DNA of 64,000 nucleotides from Raillietiella orientalis (taxonomy: Eukaryota), in assembly GCA_036172245.1 (NCBI GenBank), contig JAYWIR010000001.1, forward strand, positions 868,001 through 932,000, given 5' to 3'. The position numbers and the translations under genes were made by a program. How positions within the stretch are numbered: the first letter of the stretch is position 1; each line of letters opens with the position of its first letter. Shown piece after piece: positions 21,901-33,900 of this stretch. A model generated the notes under the pieces. That model ran no database searches. It was not told the DNA's origin and saw only the letters and a program-made list of their open reading frames with translations.

Positions 21901-24900
21901 GCTCGTCGGGCTACGCCCCCAACCCGTGACCTGCAGATTCGCCTGCACCGAGCCAGGAACATCCCGACGCCTAGTCCCGCTTTCCGAATTTTTCAGGAAA
22001 AATCAAGAAGCTGTGGAATCCAGCTCGAAAGCGAACCTCCTGGCTAAACACAAGGAGGTCTCCTTGGCGGTGTTTGGAAGCAAGAAAAGGGCAGCAGCAG
22101 CAGCTCTTGGGCTTCCGGGAAAGGCAGCGCTTTGCTCACCCGAAGATTCCTCGCAAAGGCGACGAAGAAAGATCTGCAGAAGACGGAAACGGTGCGTGAA
22201 AGACGCGTTCCCAGCGGACGAAGCTAAAGGGACGGTGCCGGGAACAGAGCATCTTCTCCCTGGATGCGTGGATGTGCACAGACGCTCAAGCTTCATCCAG
22301 TGACTTGCTTCTTGGCTTTCTATCTCTGAAGTTGAGATTCAAGCGCCATTTTTCTGATAAATTCGGCAAAAACCATCATACAAAGATTTCTACTGATTCC
22401 TCACTCTGCTGCTTACAGCCTCACGACGAAGATCCCACGGACACTGCTGTTTGTGTATGTATGTGGAGGGGAGGGGACCAAAAGAGATTTTCTCGAATCA
22501 TCAGGTGCAAAGAGTTCCTGGCCCTGAGCTTCTGAATTTGACACCCGGAATCGAACAAGCAATTCTCCACAGAGTCCCGGGTTTCCGTATCACTCTTTGT
22601 CTTCAGAGGTTTCGTCGACGACCGAACCGAGAAGTGCATCGCCCGGAACAGGTCCGGAACACCGGGGCGGCCGCTGGATTGGAGTCCCGCTCTAGGCGGG
22701 GATGGTGGTTCAGATGTGATCTGGCAGGCGCCCTGGCTGGAATCCCCGACTTCGAGAGCCCTTTCCTTTCAGTCTGCTCCGCAAGGTGACGCAGGAAGCT
22801 TCCATTCTAGGGGATTCTTTCGCAATCTTTCTATACCTTAATCGGGAAACGGAACGAAACTTCTTTCCGCTTTCCGGTGTGCAAAACATCTCGGAGATTT
22901 CGAATCCACCCGGTTCGAGACACACGGATACCCGGATGACCGCTTCCCCAAAACGAGAGGGGTGATCGCAAAGATGAACTTCGGGCCGGAAAGGCGCGTC
23001 CGCTCTTCGTCTTGCTTTGTGGTCTGAAACTGGGACCGTCTTAAGGTAGCCTTCTGGTATCACTCTTTATCGATTTCCTTCCCCATTTCCTCACTGGAAA
23101 GGGGCATTACTGCTACTCCTCATTTCACCTTGCATTGTAGCCGCGCATCAATGGCGGCTGGCGCTTGTCCCGCGCGATTTCTACCCGGCATCTTTGCCGC
23201 GCCTGATTTTCACTGCCTTTATCGCTGGAAGGGGATGGAACCAAACAGCCGCGTCACGTGGATTCTGGTGTTCCACGAGGACGTGATTCCCGCGCGTTTG
23301 AGGGATCTGCTGCCATCCCTTTTTTTGGCTCCTCCAGGTTCCCTTTGACGGCAGCGGGTGCATGCAAACGCGTCCATCCTTCTGAGGAAGACTACGGGCT
23401 ATTGAGGAAGGGACCTTCCGAAGGACGAGCCGGGGAAACGGGAAGGAAAGGGAAAGAGGGGGTGGGGAACGACGGCACAGGGGACCCAGGGTTTTCAGAG
23501 CGCCCGCTCTGCAGACGACTCGAGTCCCCCTGACGCCAGAAATTGGAAGCAGGAAGAGGCCGAAGCATGGCCTCTCGACCACAGAGCAAGACGCTGCTTC
23601 ACCGAGGTAGCATTCGTGGACGCGACGGAAGCGGGAGGAGGGGAGGACTCACCAAGATTTGGTTTTCCACAGCCGCCAGCAGTAGGGGCACCGGACGTCT
23701 GTTTTCTGCGTTGCTTCGGCATGCTTCCGACGGAGGGCCCTCCCCCACAGCGTTCAAGGCCGACACCTGAAAGGGAAGGGAGCGAGTAGCTCTGGTCGCT
23801 GCCTCTGGGAGGAGGGAAGGGCGGAAGACGGGGAGACGGGGCGGAGGAACTCGACCCTACCTGGAACACGTATTCGCCTAGGGGATCCATGCCGCTGAAG
23901 GTCATGGAAATCTGGTGTACGGGAAGGGTCGCGTTTGGGCAACCGCTCCCGCTGCAGTACACGTGGTAGCCCGTGACGACCCCGTTCGGCGAGGCCGGCG
24001 GTTCCCACCGGAGCTGCCCTTTCATCTGGGTCAGGAGAAGTTGAGATCATCTTCCCCCTTCAGAGGAGGGAGACCAACCACCCTTTACCTGGGATGCGTT
24101 CCCTGGAGCCTGCGTGTCGTAGTAGAAGAACCGCAGGCGGAGAGGAGCCGAGGGCAAGGCCATGGGTGACCTGATCTGGGCGGTCGTGTTGCCGGTAGTC
24201 TTCCAATAGGTGAACGGTTGGACGGCGACGTTCATGGGGGTGAATGGGGGGGGAGGGGTCTTCAGCGTGTAGGAAGGCAGCCGCGTGACCTCCTCCTCCC
24301 AGGTCGCGTCCGCGGCGGCGCACGAGATCCTGTAGAAGACCAGCTCCGGGTCCACGTTCCGGACGGGGTCCCAAGACAGGACCACGCTCGCGTCTTCCCT
24401 GCGCACCGTGAGACTCCCGTCAGGGATCCGGTCAGGAACGACACTCCTCTGTCCTGGGGGAAGAAGGAAGAGGGAAAGGCGGTTTTCGAACTCGGGCCAA
24501 CCAGGATGTCTGTCGAAGAGATCCGGAAGAACGCGCGGCTCCCCCGCCCTGAGCAGCTCCATGATCCTGTGAGGGGTCGTTGAGCAGGCATTCCCGTGGG
24601 GGTGGATAATCCGCGAGAAAGTGAGGCGATAGAGGGGGAGAAGGTCCACGGGGCTCAACGCCATCAAAGGGACTCCACTAAGGAGATCCACCAGCGAGAA
24701 CCCGAGGACTCGACCGTGAGACCTTCCAATGGGAAGTCCACGAATGAGGCTCGGCCTCACTCCCAGCCCAAGAGCGACGAGCTGCTCCTCTAGGGATGTG
24801 GCGTCACCCTTGTTTGATCTTGAAGGGATGAGGAAAGATGAAGACCCTGGCTCGGAGAAGACCAGGGAAGATAGTAGAAGACCTTAGGAGCGAGGAGACG

Positions 24901-27900
24901 GGGGCGGCGAGCCATATCGGATGGCTTGATGGTCCGGGCGAACTGCAAAGCGTATCGGTGATGGAGGGCTCACGCGCAGAAAGGCAACGAGTGCGCGCCC
25001 ATTTTCATAACCTCGTCGTAGGCCTGCCTACGCGCGAGCGCGCCGGCAGTAGCCCTGCTCGATCGCTCAGACCATCGCTCTCACGGCGCAGGCGCGGAAA
25101 GCGGTAGACTGCGAGCTCAGCCGAGGCCGCCGTCGATTAGGCGTCGGCGGTTCACCCCGTCGTTTGATGAAACACAGAAGGTTCGGCGGGGTGGGGTGCA
25201 CCCCTTCCGCCGCATCTCTCCGCCTGGCGCTTTCGGATAGCGGCGGAGGATGGAAGGGACTGCCACGGGGATGGATTTTCGAGGATGATGCGACGGGGTG
25301 CTCCGTCGCCTCGAAGATCAGGAGAGGGGGAGGTGGCGAAATCTGATCAGGAGAAAGGGAAAAGAAAGGGGAAACGCAAGGCAAAGGAGAAAGGGAGGGG
25401 GAAGGAGGCTGGGATCCGGCAGCTAAGTGAACTGGGATGCTTGCTGTAGGAGTTTGGGGGAGAGAGGGTTCTCTATGGAAGGGGAAATGGGAACGAACAA
25501 AACAACCTAACCGGGAAGTTTTCACCTTGAGGGGAAGGAAGAGGAGGAGAAAGATAAGAAGGAAGGGAGGAAAAAGAAGAGGAGGAAGAGGAGGAGGAAA
25601 GGAACAGAGGAGGAGGAGGAAGAGGATAGGAAGGAAGGGAGGAGGAAAAGGAAGAGAAGAAGAAAAAGGAAGGAAGTGGAGGAAGATAGGAAAAGGAGAT
25701 GGACGCCGCGAAGAGGATGGACGAAAGAAGTCGGCCCACATGCCGCAGTTTCCCTTCGTTTCATCTCATTTGGTGCCTTACCTGCCTCCGACCTGCCGGC
25801 GTCTCCGACGAGGAACGAAAATGGATGGTCCTTGAGCGACCTGCTCACGCTGGCGAGATGCTGGATGCGGAGATCCGACAGCATCCCCATGTGCGACTCC
25901 GTCAGCCACACCAGCCTGTTCTGGAAAATCTCGAAGGGGCCTGGAAAGCAGCAGAAGCCGTCGGAGAAGTGGCGGGTGAGCGGGCACTGAGAGGGGGGCT
26001 GAATAGGGAGAGCGGCTGCTCTTCCGAGGAAGAGGAAGGACGACGGCCTTCGCGACTAGCTCGCTAGGGGAGGGACGCACCCGCGAAGGAGTCCTGAGAA
26101 GAGGCTGCGGACCGCTCGGCGTGCCGGGAGCGAGATGGGGGTCATGCAGGAGAAAAGTAGAGAGGGAATCCCTGGGAGTAGGTCCGAGGAAGTACCGCCA
26201 GCAGAGCGCGCCTGCGAGCTGCGCCTCCGACGGGAGTCACCGCGCGGAGGGAGGACTGGGAGGGACTTTCTCCCGAGTCATTTCTTCCCATTCTCCCTGG
26301 AAGCAGCAAAGGAGGTGCGGGAAGAGGAGGCGGCTCACACCTGCTCAGCCTCGTTCCTCCAGTTCGGGAGTCCAGCCTTCGCCCTTGCAGGCGCCTCGAG
26401 GGCACCCACGTCGTGGGCCGCGATCTGACTAGGGGACCCGCAGCCATCACTCTTGGCGAGACCACGAAGAGGTGCCTTCTGGAGACCTCGCGCGGGAAGC
26501 CTGGGAAGTCGACCGGGGGCGGCGTGCGAACTCGGTCGGGGGACAGGAAGAAACTGCGTGGAACCGCCTCCAGGTGGACCGCAGTCGACGCGCATCCTCG
26601 GCAGAATTCTCCCCCGTTGTTTCGTCATCCATCTGCATCCAACCACAGCCGAATTCTTTCTCCACGGGGCCACTAGGGTCCCGATTCTTCACTAGAATCC
26701 TTCCCTCTGGGAAAAATCTCATCCTCTCGCGGGATGCTGTGGAAGAAGAGGAAGGCAAGAGGACCCGTTCCTTCTCACAGGAGATCAGCGGAGCGCCGTG
26801 TAGGAAGACGAAGGAGAGGAGGAAGGACAAAGAGAGAGAGGAGGGGGAGGGACGCCTTGAGAAACAAACAGACGAATCCCGGCTCCATCGCGGACCGTGA
26901 TGCAGAACAGCTGCGACGGATTCTGCATCTGGAGCAGGCGCCGCTCTCTTAGTGGAAGTCACAGCCAGGCAATAAACAGGAGCGCGCGCGAATTCCTCGA
27001 GAACGAGTCCATCTTCTTCAGAAGGGTGGGCTCGTTCTTGGAAAGAAATCTGGAAAGGGGGCGCCCCCTTGAGGAAAGAATGCAGGGCCAGGGAGAAGCT
27101 CCTCCAGAACCTAGACCGAGCCCTCGACCCTGACAAGACGCTGAGAGTGGAGGGGCCGCCTACCGGCTGGACGCGACCTAGGAAGGACTACGCCGTCTCT
27201 CCCCTTCCCACCCCTTCACAGAAACAGGAAGGAGGGGGGTGCGCGCCCGTTTCGCCTTCCTGTGAGAGGCCCAGAGCCGCGCCCAGAGCCGCGAGCGGGA
27301 AACGGCACGCTGGTCTGAACGTCGCCACCTGCTCGCGTGAACGCAGCCTTCCGTCGAGCCACTCATAAATCACCGGCTGGACCCTCTAGTTTCCGGGACC
27401 GGAGTTGCCAGTGCACCGTCCTCCCGTTCCTCTTCCTCTTCGGGACGCGCTCGATTGATGTCCTCCGCGCGGCGGCGGAAACTCCGGCAGTTCACACTCC
27501 TCCTCCCTCTTTCCTTCTCTTCTTCCTCCTTTTCTCCCTCATCCTCCTTCTCTGTTCTTCCTTCTATCCTCCTCAGCTTCCTCCTCTCTTTCTCCTTGTC
27601 TCCTTATTCTCTCTTTCTCCTTTTCCTTCCTCCTGGATTTTTCTTTCTTCCCTCGCGGCTTCCCAGGCAGCTCGGGCCGCACGACGTGAGGAGGGAGGTT
27701 GAAGCGTTTCCAGATATTGGAAAACAGAAAGAGTGGAGGAAGCGAAGGCGTTGGCGGTACTCACAGAGGTCCCGTGCGCTGTCTCGGTGCGCGGGGGACT
27801 CCGGGCAAATGCGAAGGGTTAAGAGAAGCGGGATGAGAGTGGGTGGTTGATGGGAGAGCGTTTTCAGAGGGTGACCCCTATCTACGTGCGGTGAGGCTGC

Positions 27901-30900
27901 AGACGGAGCGCTCCGGTTGGCCTGTCCGGGGAATTGCTCCTCCGGAGGCGAGGAGGAGAAGCAGGCAGGGGGTGGAAGTGGAGGTAGAATGGCAACGCGA
28001 CCTACTCCTGCTGGGTGGGGTGGTGGTGGTGGTGGGAGGAAGTCCGGCAGGAGGGGTGCGGTCCGATGCGCCGTACCGGAGGGAACGTGCTGGGCGTCCC
28101 TGCTCGCCGTGACCAACTCCGCGTCGATGCCGGAGCCGCCGTCCTCGTCGGTCAGTCGCAGCCTCGCCCTGTACAGGGCGATGTCGAAGCCGTTCTTCGT
28201 GAACCAGTAGGCGTGCAGCGCTTCCTCGTCGATCGCCATGCCCGTCACTGGGGGGAGGCGCTGCCAGTGTGCAGGGAGGCCGCGCGCGCAAGACCGCACC
28301 GACCTTCCACCCCCGAAAAGACGTTGCTCCTGAAGTGGACGCTGGCCGCTCCCCCGTTCAGGCGCGAGGACTCCACGGAGTAGGCCGTGACCCAGTAGAG
28401 GAACCCTCGGGCGTGGTCCACCCGGACCTGCCTCGCGATCGTGCGGGACTGGACGACCTCCTGTGTCTCTCCGTCCAGATCCGAGCGGAGGATCTGAGCA
28501 CGAGGACCCCCATCAGCCCTCTGGGAGCCAGTCCATTACCTCCTGCCGGATCGGGTGCGCCAGGTACAGCATGCCCGCCAGGGGGTCGAAGTCCACGCTT
28601 TCGATGTCGCTTCCCAGCATCCCAAGGCGGAGCATCGTCATGGAGACGGTGTCGAAGCGGTGGCAGGACCCGTCCTCCGCTACCAGGTAGAGGGAGCTGC
28701 CGGACCTTGCCATGTCCTTGACGACCAGTCCCACGGAGCTTTCGGGCTGGGGGCAGAATCAGCCGCCGGCGTCTCCTGCGCGGCGCAAGGGGGGTCGGGG
28801 GGCCAACAAGCGCAGGTGAATGGAAGGCCACCTCGAGCGACCTTCCAGGCTGAGCTGCAGAGCACCCTCGGGCAAACCGGCAGGATGCACCGGCGGCGCC
28901 TGCCCGAACGGGCTTGCGCCAGCAAGGGGAGCTGTTGAAAGGCAGCAGGGAAGGGGCGACGCCGTGCGGGTCGATTTCGAGAGACTCACCGGGTTTCCCA
29001 GCTTCAGCTCCACGGGATTCTCTCCCAGGATGTCCGTCTTCCACAGGGAAGCGTTCAAGCCCCAGATCAGGAAGGGCGCGGTGTCCCGCACTTCCAGAGT
29101 GGTCCCTTCGAACCCGCGTGACCACGGGCCGAATCCAGCCATGCTTCCGCCACGAACTCTGACCTCGTACACCGACCCCGGCTTCAGCCCACCCGCGGTG
29201 CTGCTGAGGTTGGTGGTGTTCTCCCGGTGCACCAAGAGATCCTGCGAGTCGCGCACGCTGATCTCGTAAAACCAATTCTCCCAGGCCTGGTCACCTGCAA
29301 GGAGGGAGCTCTCAGTACTCCTCGTTGACCACCCCGCGACCTCCCGCTCTGGGAGCCGCCGTCGCGGTCGGAGAATCGCCCCAAGAACGAGCGGCAACTT
29401 CGACCGGATTCCTCCATCCCCTCGAGGGGGATTCGGGCTGATGCCGCCCACGAATCTGACGATCCTGTTGCTGCAGAGGACTCCTCTCTCAGTTGCCAGG
29501 ATTTCCCTGAATCGCGGAGGAAGGCGGCGAGCCGACCGGTGGCGGTCGCCTTGGAGCGAGTCAGTGGGGATTCGAGCGGACGGTCTGACGACTGACGGAC
29601 GAAGCGGAGGAGCGCTGCCACCCGCCACCAGAATGCCGGCGGCCAAATGACTCCTCCTCCTCCTCTTCCTCTCTTTTTCTCTTCTTCCTCCTCCCATCCT
29701 ACTCTTCCTTCCTGCTGCTCTTTTCCTCTTCTTCTTTCTCCTCTTTTCTTTCTCTTCTTCCTCCTTTCCCTTCCACTGCCTTCCTTTTCCTCCTTTCCTC
29801 CTCCTCTTCTTTCCTTCCTCACTTTCCTCCTCCCCTATCCCGGTCCCCTCAGTGTCACCGTCTCCTGAGAAAAACAGGCTGTGGCCACAATCCGACGGGA
29901 AGCGGGGCCGTCGCTCAGGACGCTCCAAGAGCCGACAGCATCAGAAACAGGCGGGGGATCGAATCGAATGGGAAAGAAGGAAGGAGTCTCGATGGTCCGA
30001 AGAGAGCGGTGGGAAAAGCAGCTACTGGAAGAAGGATCTTCCAAATTCATCCGGGAGGCGGCGTCCTCGGGATCGAACGAAGCAGCCTCCCAAAAATGTT
30101 CCTCCCTCTCCCCCTTCTCTCCCCGCATGCGTGCACGGAAGTTCCCGAGCGGACGCCACGGGAACAAGAGCGACTCACCGAACTCCTCTATAGATCTAGG
30201 TTTCCTCCAGGAGATGGCGGCTCTGTCACTCCCGAAGAGCACCTGTACTTCCCTAGGAGGGTAGAGGGGTACGGGAACAGGCTGCGGACTGGGGTGGATC
30301 ACGGAGAGGGCCACGTAACGCCCGTCGGCGGGGCGGTGAATGAAGCTGTTGTGGTAATAGGTGTCCTCGTCCAGGGAGTAGTCCTCCATCACGATTTCCT
30401 CCCCATTGGTCCAATAAAACATCCCGTTGTTGTGGACGATGGAGATCGCGGGAAAGAACTGGGGATTCTGAGTCTTCTGGCGCACGTTCTTGACCTCCGA
30501 GCTTGCCGAGCAAAGGGGAGGTCGAACTGCCAAGAGGGACGTCCCAGCTTACCCGTCCATGGACACGGAGAGCACGGTGTTCTTGAATTCGTCGACCACG
30601 AACAGCCGGAACAGCCGAAAGTCCAGGGAGAAGGGGCCCAGTCTGTTTCCCTGAAGGAGGGTCTTCCTGCTGCCCCCTCTCAGGTCCTCCCTCATCAGGA
30701 ACGCAGAAGTGGACCAGAAGAGGTACCTTCAGAGAGTCGACTTCCCCCTCCGCTCCCTGAGGTCGTGGACAGGAGTACCCGTGGAAGGGATCCGCTTCCA
30801 GATCCGTGATGCGCTGCGAGATGGCGTCGATCACCGTGGCGGAAGCGCCGCCTTCCAGGTCGCAGCGACGGACGGAGCTGCTGGAAGTTTCCTCCACCGC

Positions 30901-33900
30901 CAAGTACAGCTGGTCGTGGAGCCAGTCGACAGATAGGAAGGACGGCGCCGAGCCGGGCAACGGAGAAAGGTCGACCACCGTCCGTTGGGAAACCCCGTCG
31001 AGGCTCTGCCTGATTACGAACCCCGCCGACGTCGAAACGAAGAGAAGGGACTTCCTCTGGTGGAACGCGATGCCTGAGGAGTCCAAAATTCTGGATTAGA
31101 AGAAGAGGGCGAGGAAGAGGAAGGGAAGAAGAAAAGAGGAAAAGAGGAGAAGGAATCTGGGGCAAAGGATTTAAGCCCCTTCCACCCATCCTCAAGAGGC
31201 GCCCCTAGAAAGTGTGACTTGCTGACGGGCAAGGGTGAGGCGGAAGACGCTCCTCGCTGCCCTGCATCGGAAGCGGGTGGGGAGAGGGCGTGGAGACGCG
31301 GGAAAGGGGTGCGGTAGGAGGAGCGACCCTTTGTCGATGCGAATCCGCCGAAGGCGCTGTCTTTGCGGTCACCCCCGAGGCAGGACGTGCCGCTGCAATG
31401 AGGGACAGTGGAAAAGGAAGGGGGAGACGCGCGGTCGGGTGGGTGCGGGTGGCGAGCCGTGAAATCACTTCCTCCGTCGGGAATCTCGGAAATCCCGGAG
31501 GCGGTTGGAGAACGCGGCGCGCCGAGGAAACGGCACGGGTGGTGGTGGATGGTGGTGGAAGAAGAAGGGAGAGGACAGGAGTCTAGGGGAAGCTCCATCC
31601 GAAGCGATGCCCAAGGAGCGGGGAGGTCACGCGAGAAGAAGGGGGGGGGGGAGCGTCGGTCGCGGGAAACGAGCGCGCGACTCCCAGAATGACTGTTTTT
31701 TTTTTGTTTGTTTGTTTCATACTTCCTCGGAAATTTTGGTCCTGTGGGGAGGGAAGGGGGAAGGAGGAAGGGCCGAACGCTTGGGGCATCCGCCAAACCT
31801 CCGGAATCCCCACTCCCCTCTTCCGCTGCCAGCGATTTCCTGCATTTTTTTTTTTTTGTCTTCGGCGGTGGTCAGCGCCTCCGGCGTTTTTCCACCGCCG
31901 CGGCGACGCGCTTCCTTCCGGGCGTCTCCGGTGATGGGATGCGAACACGGAGGGAGGAAGTGGCTTCCGGACCTTCCCTTCCGGCGCCTCGGGATTTCGC
32001 CGCAGTCGCGCGTATCCAGGACTACGGAGGGGAGGATTCGGGGAGAGTGCAACCGCTTCCCTGCGGGAGCGCCGAGTTTGGAGCGTACCCCGCAGGCGCT
32101 GACAGAGGGGGGAGAATTTGCGCCCCCTTCCTGTGCGCGGCCTCTGGACCTCCTTGCAGGACGAAAAGGAGGCGCCCACGGAAGCAACCCGACCAGCACG
32201 AAGTCCCTCCTCACCTCCTCTCCTCCCTGTAAGGGGAGACATTGGACCGCCTCCCGTTCCTCTTCTGGGCCATACCCTCGCCCCAGCCCTGGTCTCACGC
32301 CTGCGAGCCTTGGCAGAGGCCCTCCGCCACATGGGCCCCAGCGTTGGGCGTGCGGATCCCTCAACCTCGTTCCCATGGCCGCGCTCTTCCGCTACCAGCT
32401 CCATCCGGTCCCCCCCCCCCCTCCTTCATCCGCCCTTCATCCCTCTGAGAAATGCCTTCCGGGTGCAGGCTGCCTGTTCCCTGGGCGAGCGCGTCGCTTG
32501 CGGCCGCGTTATCGGGGTCCCTGCATGACCGGTGAAGGGAATGGTGCGCCACGGAGGAGAGGCAGCAGCTTCCAGCTGACCTCTGGGTGCACTTCTCTCC
32601 CCGGGACGCAGAGAGTGGCAAACCGTTCATCATCCTCTTGGGAACAAGAAAAGGAGGGAGAAGAAGAGGAGGAAGGGAGGACGAAGAGGAAGAGAGGAAA
32701 AAAGGGGAGGAAAGAGATACAAGGGAAGACAAGAAGGAGGAGAATAGAAGAGGAAAGAGGGAGGAAGAGGAGTAAGAGAGGAAGAAAAAGGAGAAAAAAA
32801 GGAAGAGAAGGAGAAGAAGGAAGAAGAGGAGAGAAAGGAAAAGGAGAGGAGGAAGAAAGGATGGATAGGAATAGGAAGAGGGAAGAGGAGGTTTTTGCCT
32901 CAGTGACCACTCTCGCTTGGTCTCAGAGTAGCTCCGCGACTCCACAGCTAGAGAAGGTGGGTCGGGAAAGGGTTGCGGCCAAGAGGCCGCAGGGAGGAGA
33001 CAGGTAGGTGGGGAGGAAAAGGGTTGCCAGCTCGCTCACCTACGATCCTGTCCTCCGCGTCCTCGGTCTTGAAGATGGAAGCTTCCGACCGGTACACGGC
33101 CGCTGCGGTCTGCAGGAAGACCTTGTTCTCGCTGGCGACGAGCAGCACCGCCTGGCCCTGTCCTCCTGGGGGGCAAGAGGGAAGGGCGGGGTGGCGTTGT
33201 GGGGAGGAGAGACGAAGGGGAGGGCGCGAGCGGAAGAGGTCGCGGCGGCGCTACGGGAGGGAAGGGAAGGTGAAGCGGTCCGCTCCCCTTACCGCTCCTT
33301 TTCCTCTCCCGCGCCCCCGAACCCTCCACCCTTTTGGTACCTGGGCTCGCCGGGGGAGTTCGAGTGACCAGCTCGGCGAACGGGCCTTCCCCGTCGGGGT
33401 TCTTCGCGGCCACCCGGACGACGTAGGGCGAGTCCGGCTCCAGGTTGGTGAAGATGTGGTGGTTGCTCATCTCGTGGGCCTTCACCTCCTGGAGGTGGAC
33501 CGTCGCCTTCCCGTTAGGGGAGGCGAAGAGGGGGAGGGGCTGCACCCCATCTCTCACCTCCCACGACGACGCTCCGGACCGTGGGCTGCGCAGCTTCAGG
33601 ACATAGGAGGACAGCCGGCCGCTGGGGAAGGACGGGGGGTCCCACCTCAGATAGATCCTCCGGTGATCCTGGAGGATAGCCTCCAGGTTTCTGGGAGGAG
33701 ACAGGGGGCGCCCCCCGGGCAGGGTGCTGATGGGCGCGCTCTCCTTCGAGAAGAGCGGAGCCTGGTTGCCGAAGGGCAGCCACGCGACGCGAAACTGCGG
33801 GGAGATGCCGTGCTCCCCATCTCCCACCCTTTGCCGTTACCTTGTAGCGGGTGTAGGGCTTCAATCCGGACACTGTGACCTCGCTGGTCGCCGAGGACGC

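Noticed and set aside
22710..23063. [10 protein letters not shown] resembling a methyl-CpG-binding domain
   Set aside because: Only a short word matches; the upstream GW/R and DVYY elements of MBD are absent.
26335..27050. Exon-like segments in intron 25941-28076, one with an in-frame TGA suggesting readthrough
   Set aside because: Direct splicing 28077->25940 is phase-consistent and gives a sensible propeller sequence ([15 protein letters not shown]); the candidates do not fit the required phase.
31505..33007. 500-aa plus-strand ORF, and similar long ORFs at 14109-15392, 34289-35458 and 36807-37862
   Set aside because: Open only because of high GC and purine tracts; low-complexity translations within introns or UTR.
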